Positions 37,766 through 48,537 of a DNA stretch of 64,000 nt are shown piece after piece (positions within the stretch are counted from its first letter, which is position 1; each line of letters starts with the position of its first letter). Origin of the DNA: Epiperipatus broadwayi (lineage: Eukaryota; Animalia; Onychophora). Location of the stretch: NCBI GenBank assembly GCA_028023455.1, contig JAQFVV010000005.1, forward strand, positions 13,702,001 to 13,766,000, in the 5' to 3' direction. The notes beneath the pieces are model-generated. The model was not told where the DNA came from, ran no database searches, and saw only the letters and a program-made list of their open reading frames with translations. Made by a program: the position numbers and the translations under genes.

Positions 37766-40464
37766 TGTTAGCATATATTAACTAAAAGAACTTAATAAAA
37801 AGTATAATAATACATATATGCATGTATGTGCATATATTTTATAAATGCATATTTAAAAGATTAACTAAAAATAACTTAATAAAATGTACAGTAATTGTAT
37901 GTGTGTACATCTTACAAATGCTTACTTCAAATAATGTTAACTGATCTCTATAAATAAGGCACACATAAATAATTCTAAATTTTAAAGTAATAACTTTAAG
38001 TGCTGGAATTAAACATTACCTGGTATGTGAATTTCTACCCATACATGTATGCAAAGGAAGCGGCAAGGTTATAGATTTTAAGCCTCGTCATTTCTTTAAA
38101 ATTATTATTGCTTTCTTGCCTATGATAAACCTTTATACTAATTAGCTTTCCTTGTATAAAAGTATAATTTCTAAATAACTGACTCATATATATGCTAGAA
38201 TGTTTACCAAGTTAAATTTGTTTTGTAAAGTGGTTTATTTTTTGGAAATTATTTGACCAAAAAACAAGAGTTAACTTGAAATGATATTCAATTTGGATTT
38301 TAATAAAGAGAAAGCTAGTCAACTGACGCTATTTTCTTAATTACTGAGGTAATTGTCTTGTTTTGAAAACTTGCAACCCAGATGTATTTTATCTCAACTT
38401 GTAAAGAAATCCTGACGTTTGCAGGGGGGGGGTTATTATAAAAAACCCTGGTTTGAATTAAAGAAGGTCACTATATAATTTTAACTTGTAATCCTGTCGG
38501 GAGCTATGCCCGCCCATACAATGAAGAACTAAGGCTAGAAAGGCGATGTGTTGCTGTGTGCCCTTGCAATAAGCTAAGTCAGCAGTGATGGGAGAAGTTC
38601 TATCCAGCAGCCTGTCCAGAAAGTAATGATGAATCAGACCAGCCAAGAATAGCAGTGCCAAATACCATGGAGAGAAGACGCCTATGCAGAGATGGGTAAG
38701 GATAATCAGCAGAACTCTGTAGTAAACTTTAAAATTAAATTCTAAATAATTCTAAGCTAGCTTTACATAAATGTGCACAAATTTATAATTTAAACTTTCC
38801 CTTATGACAAATTTCTATAACATGCTAATGGTAATAAATTGTATAAATAAGAATAATCTTGTAAAACTTGCCTAACTTTATTTAAAATAAAATAACTAAT
38901 AATGTAACTCTTGTTAAATTTAAATTTCTAAAACTATTTTTATCTGCGGTTATGCTTTTATTATATTTGTATGAATTTATGCTATGACCTATTCAGATTG
39001 GAGATTGATAATTTAGATTCTTCAAGGGGAAGGGAAGAGAGACAATTAGAAGCTCTCTATAGATAACTTATAGCCCTTAAAGCCCCCACATACAATCTCC
39101 AATCTGAAACCTATTATATGTATATTAAATACCTATTATGTATTATCTGAGTAAAAGTAGGTTACATAAGTCTTTATTATGCTTTATTTCTCCCTAGAAT
39201 TATAATAAGAACTATAGGGATTGATTATAAGCTAGATCTCTTAATTAATCCCCATTTGGCATGTTCGTGTATGCTAAACTTATGAACTGGTATAAATAGT
39301 TTAGTGGAACTATAGATTTGGGCGCAATTTTTAGATTTAATAATTATTATTTGCGTGTTGGGTGTGTTCTTTATAAAGCACGCACACGTGTATATACGCC
39401 TTGCTATAAGTATTTATTAAAGGGAATTTGGTATAAGGCCATTCCATATTCTTGTTTGGATAGTTTTTCTTAGAAATGGAACACGAGGGTCTAGACAATG
39501 TTTCAAGCTGATCAGACCACCAGAACTAAGTGTTCTCTTATCATAGCAAGTCGTACGGTCTACGGAAACCGATCATTGAGTTGATAGATCCCGAGTAAAC
39601 GCACATCTGAGACGCCATTGTATTTGTTAATGTAGCACAATACTATCAGAAACTATACTATAAAAGATCCCAGTTCATCTCGCCATTAATATTATTAAAT
39701 TGTAATAAGATCAGATATTTTACAGTAATATCTCCACACTAAAACCCAATATATTTATATTATATTTATTTCTTCTGAATGCATGATCTAGCTGTGGCTC
39801 ATAGTATTAAGAGAAAATGTAAAAGTATAAATCATCGCTCTTGTAAATTGAACTGTTGCAAATCTTATAGGCATTCATGGCATAAATCAGGCATATTGAA
39901 CTGTAGATCTAAGCTCTAATCTAATTATAAAAGTGCATATATGAGATTCTGTAACTCACCTGCCCATCTATTATGTAAACATCTGTGGTGAAACCTAATG
40001 CACTGACACATAGCCATATTGATGAATTAAATTGTTTCATTAAAACATATTAAATGTTTAGTGTATTTTTCATAGTTCTTTTCAATCCATTCAAATCATC
40101 TTAATTTGAAATTTAGTTTATCTTAGGTTAATTATATCAATGTGCATTATCACCTTGCATTGGTTTAACAAATTATTAAATATCACATAGGCCATAGGTG
40201 TCTGTGTTGGGTAATTACAGAGCCACAGAATCATTTCTTCCCTGAGACTCATGTTTTACCCTTTTTCTACTGTTGGCATGCAAACTAAAAGAGTTCGAGT
40301 GTAGCCTCGTACATGTCATTCATAGGGTAGTAAATCTTAGAGCATTGGTGAAGATGCTAAAATGCGATCTGATTAGAGGTCTCAACCCCTCATCTAGATC
40401 AGCTTTGAGGAATTTGTCAAAACTCTGGATTTTGTTACATGAGTGTAGAAATATGACTGTTACT
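37766..40464 (+). mobile_element. Probable solo LTR of family A (~2.7 kb)
   Basis: Collinear with the 33287-37719 and 9962-13262 copies. Ends atatgactgttact. The 5' boundary is approximate. Confidence 0.6.
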
Positions 40465-40516
40465 AATTTATAAAAAATTCAATGAAGGTGAATATGACAT
40501 AAAAAGAGCAATATAT

Positions 40517-42262
40517 TGTAACAAGGTGCGGACTGAGGAGGGCCAATGGTCCGCCAAAAGTTACAAGAGAAATGGATATAGATACTACTAACACTATTAA
40601 CTAATAAAGTTATTAATAATTGTAAATACTAATATTAAATGGTGGTGGGAATATTTCAAGATTAACAGTATATTATTCATATATTTATTTGTAGTTAGTT
40701 GTTAGTTGTTTAATTTTAAAAGGGGGAAAAACATCGTAAAACTCGTGTTTTATTGGAGTGTTTGTGGCATGCGAGTATATATATGTGCATGATTAATATA
40801 TTTCAAGTAGATGGCCAGTTAAAGCAAGATGAGATCTTTCTAAAAGACAAACGCAGGTTTTGGTACAATGGCGACCGCAATGACGTAGTCATAGTCTGGT
40901 TGGATGACGCAACCAGGGAATTTCGCCAGATGGAATCACGAAAATGGACGAGAAAGGACGAGAAGAAAAGGGATATAAAAGGAAATAGAGAGGGGATATT
41001 CTTCTTCTTGCACAAGTCCAGAGAGTTAATCAGAACAAAAAGCGTATCATGCATCGAGTGGGGTAAAAACCTCAACTTGACAGGCGATGAAGGCCTGCCC
41101 CACGATCCAGAAGGTGCTGCAAAGAAGAGAGTTAAAGAACGCCGAATTCCGGTCATCGACGGCAAAGAACAGTGATAGCTACGGGGAAAACGAACCATGA
41201 GATCATCCAGCTATAAAGCCTTTGACATTGTAAAACATATGCCTTTGAAATGCCTAAGTTCCCGGGAATGTTAAGGTAACGTGAACTATATCATTTGCTT
41301 GTTGATTTGCTATTAAAACACAATCCGAGTCTTAAACGGATTGCGTCATCCATCGGAACTTTGGAATAAATTAAATTTTCTATATTCAAAACATGTTTCA
41401 ATAAAACTTTCAAACTACAAAGTCCGTGGAAGCAATTTAGCAAACGAACATTAATAATGTGTTTTGTGTTGCCTCTAAAGATCCAAAGAATAATATGCTT
41501 AATCTGTACATGTGTGTGTATGCTTGACATTCTATGAAGCACGAGTTGTGAATAATGGCGGGTCAATAATATAAATCCTAACATTTTTATTTTATAATAA
41601 ATTGTTTTATGTTAAAAATATCTTTGAATATTCTCTTTTTACTTTTTATCTATATTATGTTAATAAGGTTCATAGTTATAGGGCTAAAGATTTCGTAATT
41701 AATGTAAAACGTATACTCTACCTCGAATAACCGGTATAGAGAAACTTAGTATAGGGTAGCGAGCGCACTCATCTGAAATTAAACGGGAATTTCCCTTTGC
41801 GCAGAGAAAAACTAATCGATAAGATTGGATTTCTACAATCATTTTTTTTCTCAGATAGACAGAAATTTAGTTATGGATATTAATCCACCTCCAGTTAAAA
41901 GAAAGTAGTGTCGGAGTCCACAGTTCCCGTCCACGGTCTATTGACCACCACTCCCTGAGATGAGCTAGGCTAATTAACATCCCCCCCTTTTTAATTACAG
42001 CGAGAAAGGTAAAGTGACAGTAAATACCTATCGAGTCGCTATCGGGGTTTATTCTGCATCAATAGAGTCCCACGGTGTAATTCTTATTTGTTCATCGCAA
42101 ATAGGTTTGGCGCTTGGAAGCAAACACGCTATCCATAAATATGCCCGGGGATCACGCAGATAGGGGAAATTATATATATATAAGGTTAAATCTCAAGTTA
42201 ACCATAGCCCTCTTTATGAATTTATTAATACGACCCTTCAGCGGGCAAAGCGGTTCGTTATA
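40517..42262 (+). repeat. 5' LTR (1746 bp), termini TGTAAC...GTTATA
   Basis: Direct repeat of 46805-48537. Confidence 0.96.
40753..41175 (+). CDS. 140-codon ORF inside the LTR (candidate accessory exon, function unknown); second copy at 47041-47463
   Basis: Open in both LTRs and GC-richer than its flanks. An acceptor-like tttcaag| (40807) lies just inside the ORF. The annotated start is TTG. No recognisable domain. Confidence 0.3.
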   Translation: MECLWHASIYMCMINIFQVDGQLKQDEIFLKDKRRFWYNGDRNDVVIVWLDDATREFRQMESRKWTRKDEKKRDIKGNREGIFFFLHKSRELIRTKSVSCIEWGKNLNLTGDEGLPHDPEGAAKKRVKERRIPVIDGKEQ

Positions 42263-42264
42263 AC

Positions 42265-42285
42265 TGGACGCCGCAACTGTGGGGC
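42265..42285 (+). promoter_or_regulatory. Primer-binding site, tRNA-Lys(CUU)-like with three single-base insertions
   Basis: TGG(A)CGCC(G)CAAC(T)GTGGGGC starts 2 nt after the LTR. Without the bracketed bases it equals the tRNA-Lys1,2 PBS TGGCGCCCAACGTGGGGC. Confidence 0.75.
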
Positions 42286-42967
42286 CTCTGGAGAGCGATG
42301 GGGAATAGGTATATAGTAGAAGGTTCAAATAAAAGAGGGCGCAACGACCAATGGATTTGACACGAAGTCGGTATAGTAAACAAAAATCCGATACTTTCAC
42401 GCATTTTACGAGGTTAAAGAAAAGAAAAACGGCAAATGAGTTAAATTTTTTTTTTGTTTTGCGTAAAAAAGAATTTTTTTTTTTTTATTAGGGAAGAAAG
42501 AAAAAAAAAGACGAGTGGAATATATATGTCAGAGCAATAACACTGAGCCGTATTAATACGCCGGAAAGGAATATACATATACGTTTATACGTTATCTGAG
42601 TTATTAATAAAAACTACTGCTAACCCTAATGGTTGTCAGAGGTCTAAATAGAGTGTTTTAGTTGAATTTAGAAGAAAGTCAGCATAGATCGATAATAAAA
42701 GAGAGGGAAATTAGGCAACGTGTAATGATAATAGTGACGCATAAACCATACGCGGACTCATGCGCAATTATAAATTTTTTTTTCTCTTGGTTGGAGGTGC
42801 AATGATAAAGCCATAAATTGGAATTTCAAAGCGTATGAATGGGAAGTACGAATATGTAACAGCACATGGAAGCGTAGCATTATAGAGTAAAAAGAATGAA
42901 AGCAACAGCACTGGATGGGGGCAGGGTAATCAAAGCCAGTCAAGTGAAGGGAGATTGATAAATAGTA

Positions 42968-43432
42968 ATGGAGAATAGTATAGGTAATGAGGCAATTAGG
43001 GTTCAGAGATTTTCGGGGAAGATGTGGGAATCCCCTGGGGAACATATCCGAAGTCTAAAAAGATATTTCTGCAGGTACCCCGCGGAGGAAGAGGACAAAG
43101 TGATCATTGCAGCAAGCCACCTACAGGAACATGCCCAAAGGTGGTGGGAGGCATTGAGTGAACAACCGGGAGCCTTTGAGGGGTACGAAAGAGCTCTCAA
43201 ACAAGCTTTTTGGAATATAGAAATCCAAGAATATATATTCAATGAAATAAGTAGACAGAGATTTGGGGAGCCACACGATGAGTATACATACTTCTTCAGG
43301 CGACAAGTGGCTCGATTGCGAGAATTGGAGATGCTAAAACTGTCAGAAGGACAGATCGTGGGCATAGTGTGTAGGAATGTGCCACCTGACGTAGCCGCCA
43401 TAGCCAGGACCGCCAAAAGGGGGATAGCTTGA
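42968..43432 (+). CDS. gag: Gag (capsid-like), ending at an in-frame TGA
   Basis: HLQEHAQRWWEAL..FE.YERALKQAFW is a retrotransposon gag motif. The frame continues after TGA into the protease. Confidence 0.8.
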   Translation: MENSIGNEAIRVQRFSGKMWESPGEHIRSLKRYFCRYPAEEEDKVIIAASHLQEHAQRWWEALSEQPGAFEGYERALKQAFWNIEIQEYIFNEISRQRFGEPHDEYTYFFRRQVARLRELEMLKLSEGQIVGIVCRNVPPDVAAIARTAKRGIA

Positions 43433-46400
43433 GATGTGGACTGGGCACTTGAACAAATAGTGTGCAGCCAGTGGCGAAGAGAGATGGAAGAGAAGGAACA
43501 TAAGAGCGTGGAAGATAGATGGGTGGGAAATCTGGTTTGTGATGATGAAGACAGAGCCCCCAACTACACTAACCAAGCATGCCCTAAAGTGGAAGCACGC
43601 ATTGCAGAAACCCAAGTAGAGGTGGTCATTGACTCAGGAAGTCAAGTTTCAGTATTATCAGAAAGGATATACTGGCAGATGATGGAGAAACAACCAGACA
43701 TCAAGACACTACCCATAAAAGCTTTACAAGTTAAAATGGCCAACAACAAAAGAGTGAAAATAGAACCCAGACAAGTCTGGGTGGATCTACAGATTGGTGA
43801 GGAAGTGATTCCACATGTGTTTCTGGTCATGAAGGGGTTAATACATGAGGTATTAGTGGGGGTGGACTTCCTTCATAAAAACCAATGTACGTTGGATTTT
43901 CGCAGAGGGGAATTCAGATGTAAAGGGACACCCATCAAATTCATCACAACCAACTGGTGTGGACCTATAGGGATCAAGGAGGTAGAAGAAGTAGAGGAGA
44001 TAATGGAAGAAAAAATTAAAGAGATTAGGATGGTTGGCGAAGACAAAGCGAGGGCTTTTGGGCAAATACTAAAAAAATATAGGGAAGTGTTTTCAGAGGT
44101 GCCCGGAACGATACAGGGATTTGAGCAGACAATCAAACTTAGGGAGAACCAGCCATTTCAGTCACGATCATACCCGGTCCCTTACCAATACCGAGAGGAG
44201 GTCCGAAGACAAATAGAGCAAATGGTGGATTGGGACGTCATTTCCAAATGCTCATCCCCGTTTTGCAACCCATTGGTGGTGGTGAAAAAGAAGAACGGTG
44301 CGATTAGAATATGTCTTGATGCGCGGCAGCTGAATTGGGCAACGATTCCCGATTGTACCATTCCCCCACCCATGCATGAATTATTGGGAAAATTCAAGGG
44401 AAAGAAGGTATTCTCAACGTTTGACCTTACCGCCAGCTATTGGCAGATTCAACTTCGCCCGGAAGACAGGCAGTACACCGCTTTTCGGTATGATGGGTAT
44501 TCATACCAATTCAACAGGATGCCATTCGGCCTCATAAACAGCGGGGCGGGTTTGCTACGGTGTCTTGACCAGACATTGTCGGAGGATATGAAGAAAGTCG
44601 CCACGATGTATATCGATGATGTCGTGATAGTGTCAAGTAGTGTGGAAGAACACGAGAAGGAGGTTGAAATGTTCCTCAAGGAGTGTAAAGACAAGGGCAT
44701 AGGGTCAATTTGGGAAAGAGTAATCTAGTCAAAGAAGAAGTGACATTTTTGGGGCACTTGGTGGGCCATCAAGGACTAAAACCCCATCCGGACAAAATAT
44801 CTGCCATCAGGGACTTTCCTATACCTAGGTCCAGAAAACAGATTCGTTCTTTCCTGGGCCTATGTAATTTCTACCATCGGTTCCATGAACGGATGGCCGA
44901 ACATACTGAGCCTCTAGTGCATTTGCTAAGAAAAGATATCCCGTGGAAATGGGCTGATGAGCAAGGGAAAGCATTTGAGGACATAAAAACAGAATTTGCC
45001 AAACAGGTCATGCTGGCATTCCTGGACTTTACCAAGCCGTTTATACTCCAGACTGATAGTAGTGGGTACGGGCTGGGCGCGACTCTGTCCCAAACACAAG
45101 AGGAAGAGAAAATGGGAGTATTATATTTTATAAGCCGGTTGTTAAAAGGGCCGGAGCTAAACTATTCTGCTACAGAGAAGGAGGCATTAGCCATTGTCTG
45201 GGCCTTCCAGAAATTCCGCCCACTCCTGCTGGGGTCGGAGGTAGCAGTGGTGACAGATCACAAAAGTTTAGAATTTATCAACCATAGCTATCTTACCAAC
45301 AGTCGACTAATCCGGTGGAGTTTACTTCTCCAAGAGTACAACTATACCATCCATCATTGTAAGGGGGTGGATAATATCATAGCCGACATTCTCAGTCGGA
45401 ACCCGGTGGGGTACCAAGCAGAACATATGAGGGCAGAAAATGCATGCATCGCCAGTATGGACCTACAAATGAGCAAGGAGATAGAGAAAAAATTGGCACA
45501 GTTAGGTGAATGGCAACGTCAAGATAAGGACTTGGGACCACTGATCCAAAGATTAGAGGGGGGTATGGACCCTCAGCTCGCGAGTAAACACCGCATATGT
45601 CATGGAATCCTTCAATCCCTAACGTGTGGAGAAACAAAGAACTGGAAGCCCAGTGTACCAGGTCAGTTGAGAAATGAATTAGTAGCCTATGTTCACCAGA
45701 TATATGGGCATTACGGGGCCTTAAAGACGGAACACCTAATTCGGAAATGGTTTTATTGGCCTGGAATCCACACCTCGGTGAAGGCCATAGTAGGGGAATG
45801 TAAAAGTTGCCAGAGAACCAAGCCTACAAACCGGGCATATGCAGCAAACCTAGTGCCTATCATCCCAACAGGTCCTCGTGAAATAATAGCCCTTGATTTT
45901 TACGGACCATTACCCGCGTTCAAAAGGAAAAAGTATCTTATTGTGGTGTACGACTTGTTCTCGAAACACGTGGCAGCATACCCCATCGCCCAGGCAAACA
46001 CCAAATTCGCGATTAAGATGCTTGAAACCAATTACTTCAACGAAGTAGGAAAACCTCGTGTACTCCTATCGGATCACGGAACTCCATTCACATCTAATGA
46101 ATGGCGCAAATGGATACAGAATCAAGGGATCAAACATTGCCTAACCTCGATTCGTAACCCTCAGTCTAATCCTTGTGAAAGGGTGATGAGGGAACTGGGG
46201 CGTCTGTTCCGCACGTATACCGGGGACAACCATCGTGGATGGGTCAAGCTCACCCCTCAAGTAATTAACTTCATAAACTGGTCCGTAAATGAGTCAACAG
46301 GTCTGGCACCCTTCCGGTTTCATTTCGGATGCTACATACCTTGCCTTATTAAGACAGCCCTTCCCGGAATGGAAGAGGGTCCGGTAGATGTGGAAAAAGA

Positions 46401-46809
46401 CCAAAGCAGGGCACGGCAGACCATACAAAAGATGGGGCAACGGAGAAAGAACAGGCAAAGGAATCGCCCCCATTTATTCAAAGTGGGAGATTGGGTCATG
46501 GTGCGTGCCCAACCTATAAGCGAAGCAAGCAAAAACATATGCAAGAAATTCTGCAATTTGTACGAGGGACCTTTTCCGATTGTTAAAGGTCAAGGAAACA
46601 ATGCTTTCTGGGTAGATACGGGGTCGGGAATTAAAGGCTCATATAATGCACGAGTGCTGAAACCCGCACGAAGCCAAAGATCTTCCGCCGATGAGGAATC
46701 CCTGGGGAATCCGGCAGCGGTACCCGCCGGCAGAGAGAGTACAAGAGAAGTAAAAGTCTGCCAAACCCGTAGAGCGTGTTTGAAGACTTCCGAGCGGGGG
46801 GCATTGTAA
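43433..46809 (+). pseudogene. pol: Pol polyprotein (PR-RT-RNase H-integrase) with a 1-bp frameshift at ~44700
   Basis: PR: VIDSGSQ (43631). RT: RICLDARQLN, FDLTASYWQI, RMPFGL, YIDD (44609). RH: LQTDSSGYGLGATL. IN: H..GH..CKSC, DFYGP, SDHG, ER, YEGPF. GGC AT^AGG GTC AAT restores GIRVNLGKS. Confidence 0.96.
46792..46804 (+). promoter_or_regulatory. Polypurine tract
   Basis: GAGCGGGGGGCAT lies immediately upstream of the 3' LTR. Confidence 0.75.
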
Positions 46810-48537
46810 CAAGGTGCGGACTGAGAAGGGCCAATGGTCCGCCAAAAGTTACAAGAGAAATGGATATAGATACTACTAACACTATTAACTAATAAAGTTA
46901 TTAATAATTGTAAATACTAATATTAAATGGTGGTGGGAATATTTCAAGATTAACAGTATATTATTCGTATATTTATTTGTAGTTAGTTGTTAGTTGTTTA
47001 ATTTTAAAAGGGGGAAAAACATCGTAAAACTCGTGTTTTATTGGAGTGTTTGTGGCATGCGAGTATATATATGTGCATGATTAATATATTTCAAGTAGAT
47101 GGCCAGTTAAAGCAAGATGAGATCTTTCTAAAAGACAAACGCAGGTTTTGGTACAATGGCGACCGCAATGACGTAGTCATAGTCTGGTTGGATGACGCAA
47201 CCAGGGAATTTCGCCGGATGGAATCACGAAAACGGACGAGAAAGGACGAGAAGAAAAGGGATATAAAAGGAAATAGAGAGGGGATATTCTTCTTCTTGCA
47301 CGGGTCCAGAGAGTTAATCAGAACAAAAAGCGTATCATGCATCGAGTGGGGTAAAAACCTCAACCTGACAGGCGATGAAGGCCTGCCCCACGATCCAGAA
47401 GGTGCTGCAAAGAAGAGAGTTAAAGAACGCCGAATTCCGGTCATCGACGGCAAAGAACAGTGATAGCTACGGGGAAAACGAACCATGAGATCATCCAGCT
47501 ATAAAGCCTTTGACATTGTAAAACATATGCCTTTGAAATGCCTAAGTTCCCGGGAATGTTAAGGTAACGTGAACTATATCATTTGCTTGTTGATTTGCTA
47601 TTAAAACACAATCCGAGTCTTAAACGGATTGAGTCATCCATCGGAACTTTGGAATAAATTAAATTTTCTATATTCAAAACATGTTTCAATAAAACTTTCA
47701 AACTACAAAGTCCGTGGAAGCAATTTAGCAAACGAACATTAATAATGTGTTTTGTGTTGCCTCTAAAGATCCAAAGAATAATATGCTTAATCTGTACATG
47801 TGTGTGTATGCTTGACATTCTATGAAGCACGAGTTGTGAATAATGGCGGGTCAATTAAATAAATCCTAACATTTTTTTTTTATTTTATAATAAATTGTTT
47901 TATGTTCTCTTTTTACTTTTTATCTATATTATGTTAATAAGGTTCATAGTTATAGGGCTAAAGATTTCGTAATTAATGTAAAACGTATACTCTACCTCGA
48001 ATAACCGGTATAGAGAAACTTAGTATAGGGTAGCGAGCGCACTCATCTGAAATTAAACGGGAATTTCCCTTTGCGCAGAGAAAAACTAATCGATAAGATT
48101 GGATTTCTACAATCATTTTTTTTTTCTCAGATAGACAGAAATTTAGTTATGGATATTAATCCACCTCCAGTTAAAAGAAAGTAGTGTCGGAGTCCACAGT
48201 TCCCGTCCACGGTCTATTGACCACCACTCCCTGAGATGAGCTAGGCTAATTAACATCCCCCCCCTTTTTAATTACAGCGAAAGGTAAAGCGACAGTAAAT
48301 ATCTATCGAGTCGCTATCGGGGTTTATTCTGCATCAATAGAGTCCCGCGGTGTAATTCTTATTTGTTCATCGCAAATAGGTTTGGCGCTTGGAAGCAAAC
48401 ACGCTATCCATAAATATGCCCGGGGATCACGCAGATAGGGGAAATTATATATATATAAGGTTAAATCTCAAGTTAACCATAGCCCTCTTTATGAATTTAT
48501 TAATACGACCCTTCAGCGGGCAAAGCGGTTCGTTATA
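46805..48537 (+). repeat. 3' LTR (1733 bp)
   Basis: Direct repeat of 40517-42262. The pol stop codon (46807-46809) lies inside it. Confidence 0.96.
47041..47463 (+). CDS. 140-codon LTR ORF, 3' LTR copy
   Basis: Differs from 40753-41175 by Q>R, W>R, K>G and one silent change. Confidence 0.3.
   Translation: MECLWHASIYMCMINIFQVDGQLKQDEIFLKDKRRFWYNGDRNDVVIVWLDDATREFRRMESRKRTRKDEKKRDIKGNREGIFFFLHGSRELIRTKSVSCIEWGKNLNLTGDEGLPHDPEGAAKKRVKERRIPVIDGKEQ

Larger units (their letters stand above)
40517..48537 (+). mobile_element. Full-length Ty3/Gypsy LTR retrotransposon (long LTRs and tRNA-Lys PBS, as in the Osvaldo/Ulysses group)
   Basis: Two ~99%-identical LTRs, ATAT TSD (40513-40516, 48538-48541), PBS, PPT, and gag-PR-RT-RH-IN domain order. 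Confidence 0.97.

Noticed and set aside
46680-46809. Chromodomain or env after the integrase
   Set aside because: The C-terminal tail is short and low-complexity with no chromodomain aromatic pattern. There is no space or transmembrane ORF for env.
42758-46882. Numerous minus-strand ORFs over gag-pol
   Set aside because: These are antisense shadows of the coding strand in GC-richer sequence and have no motifs.
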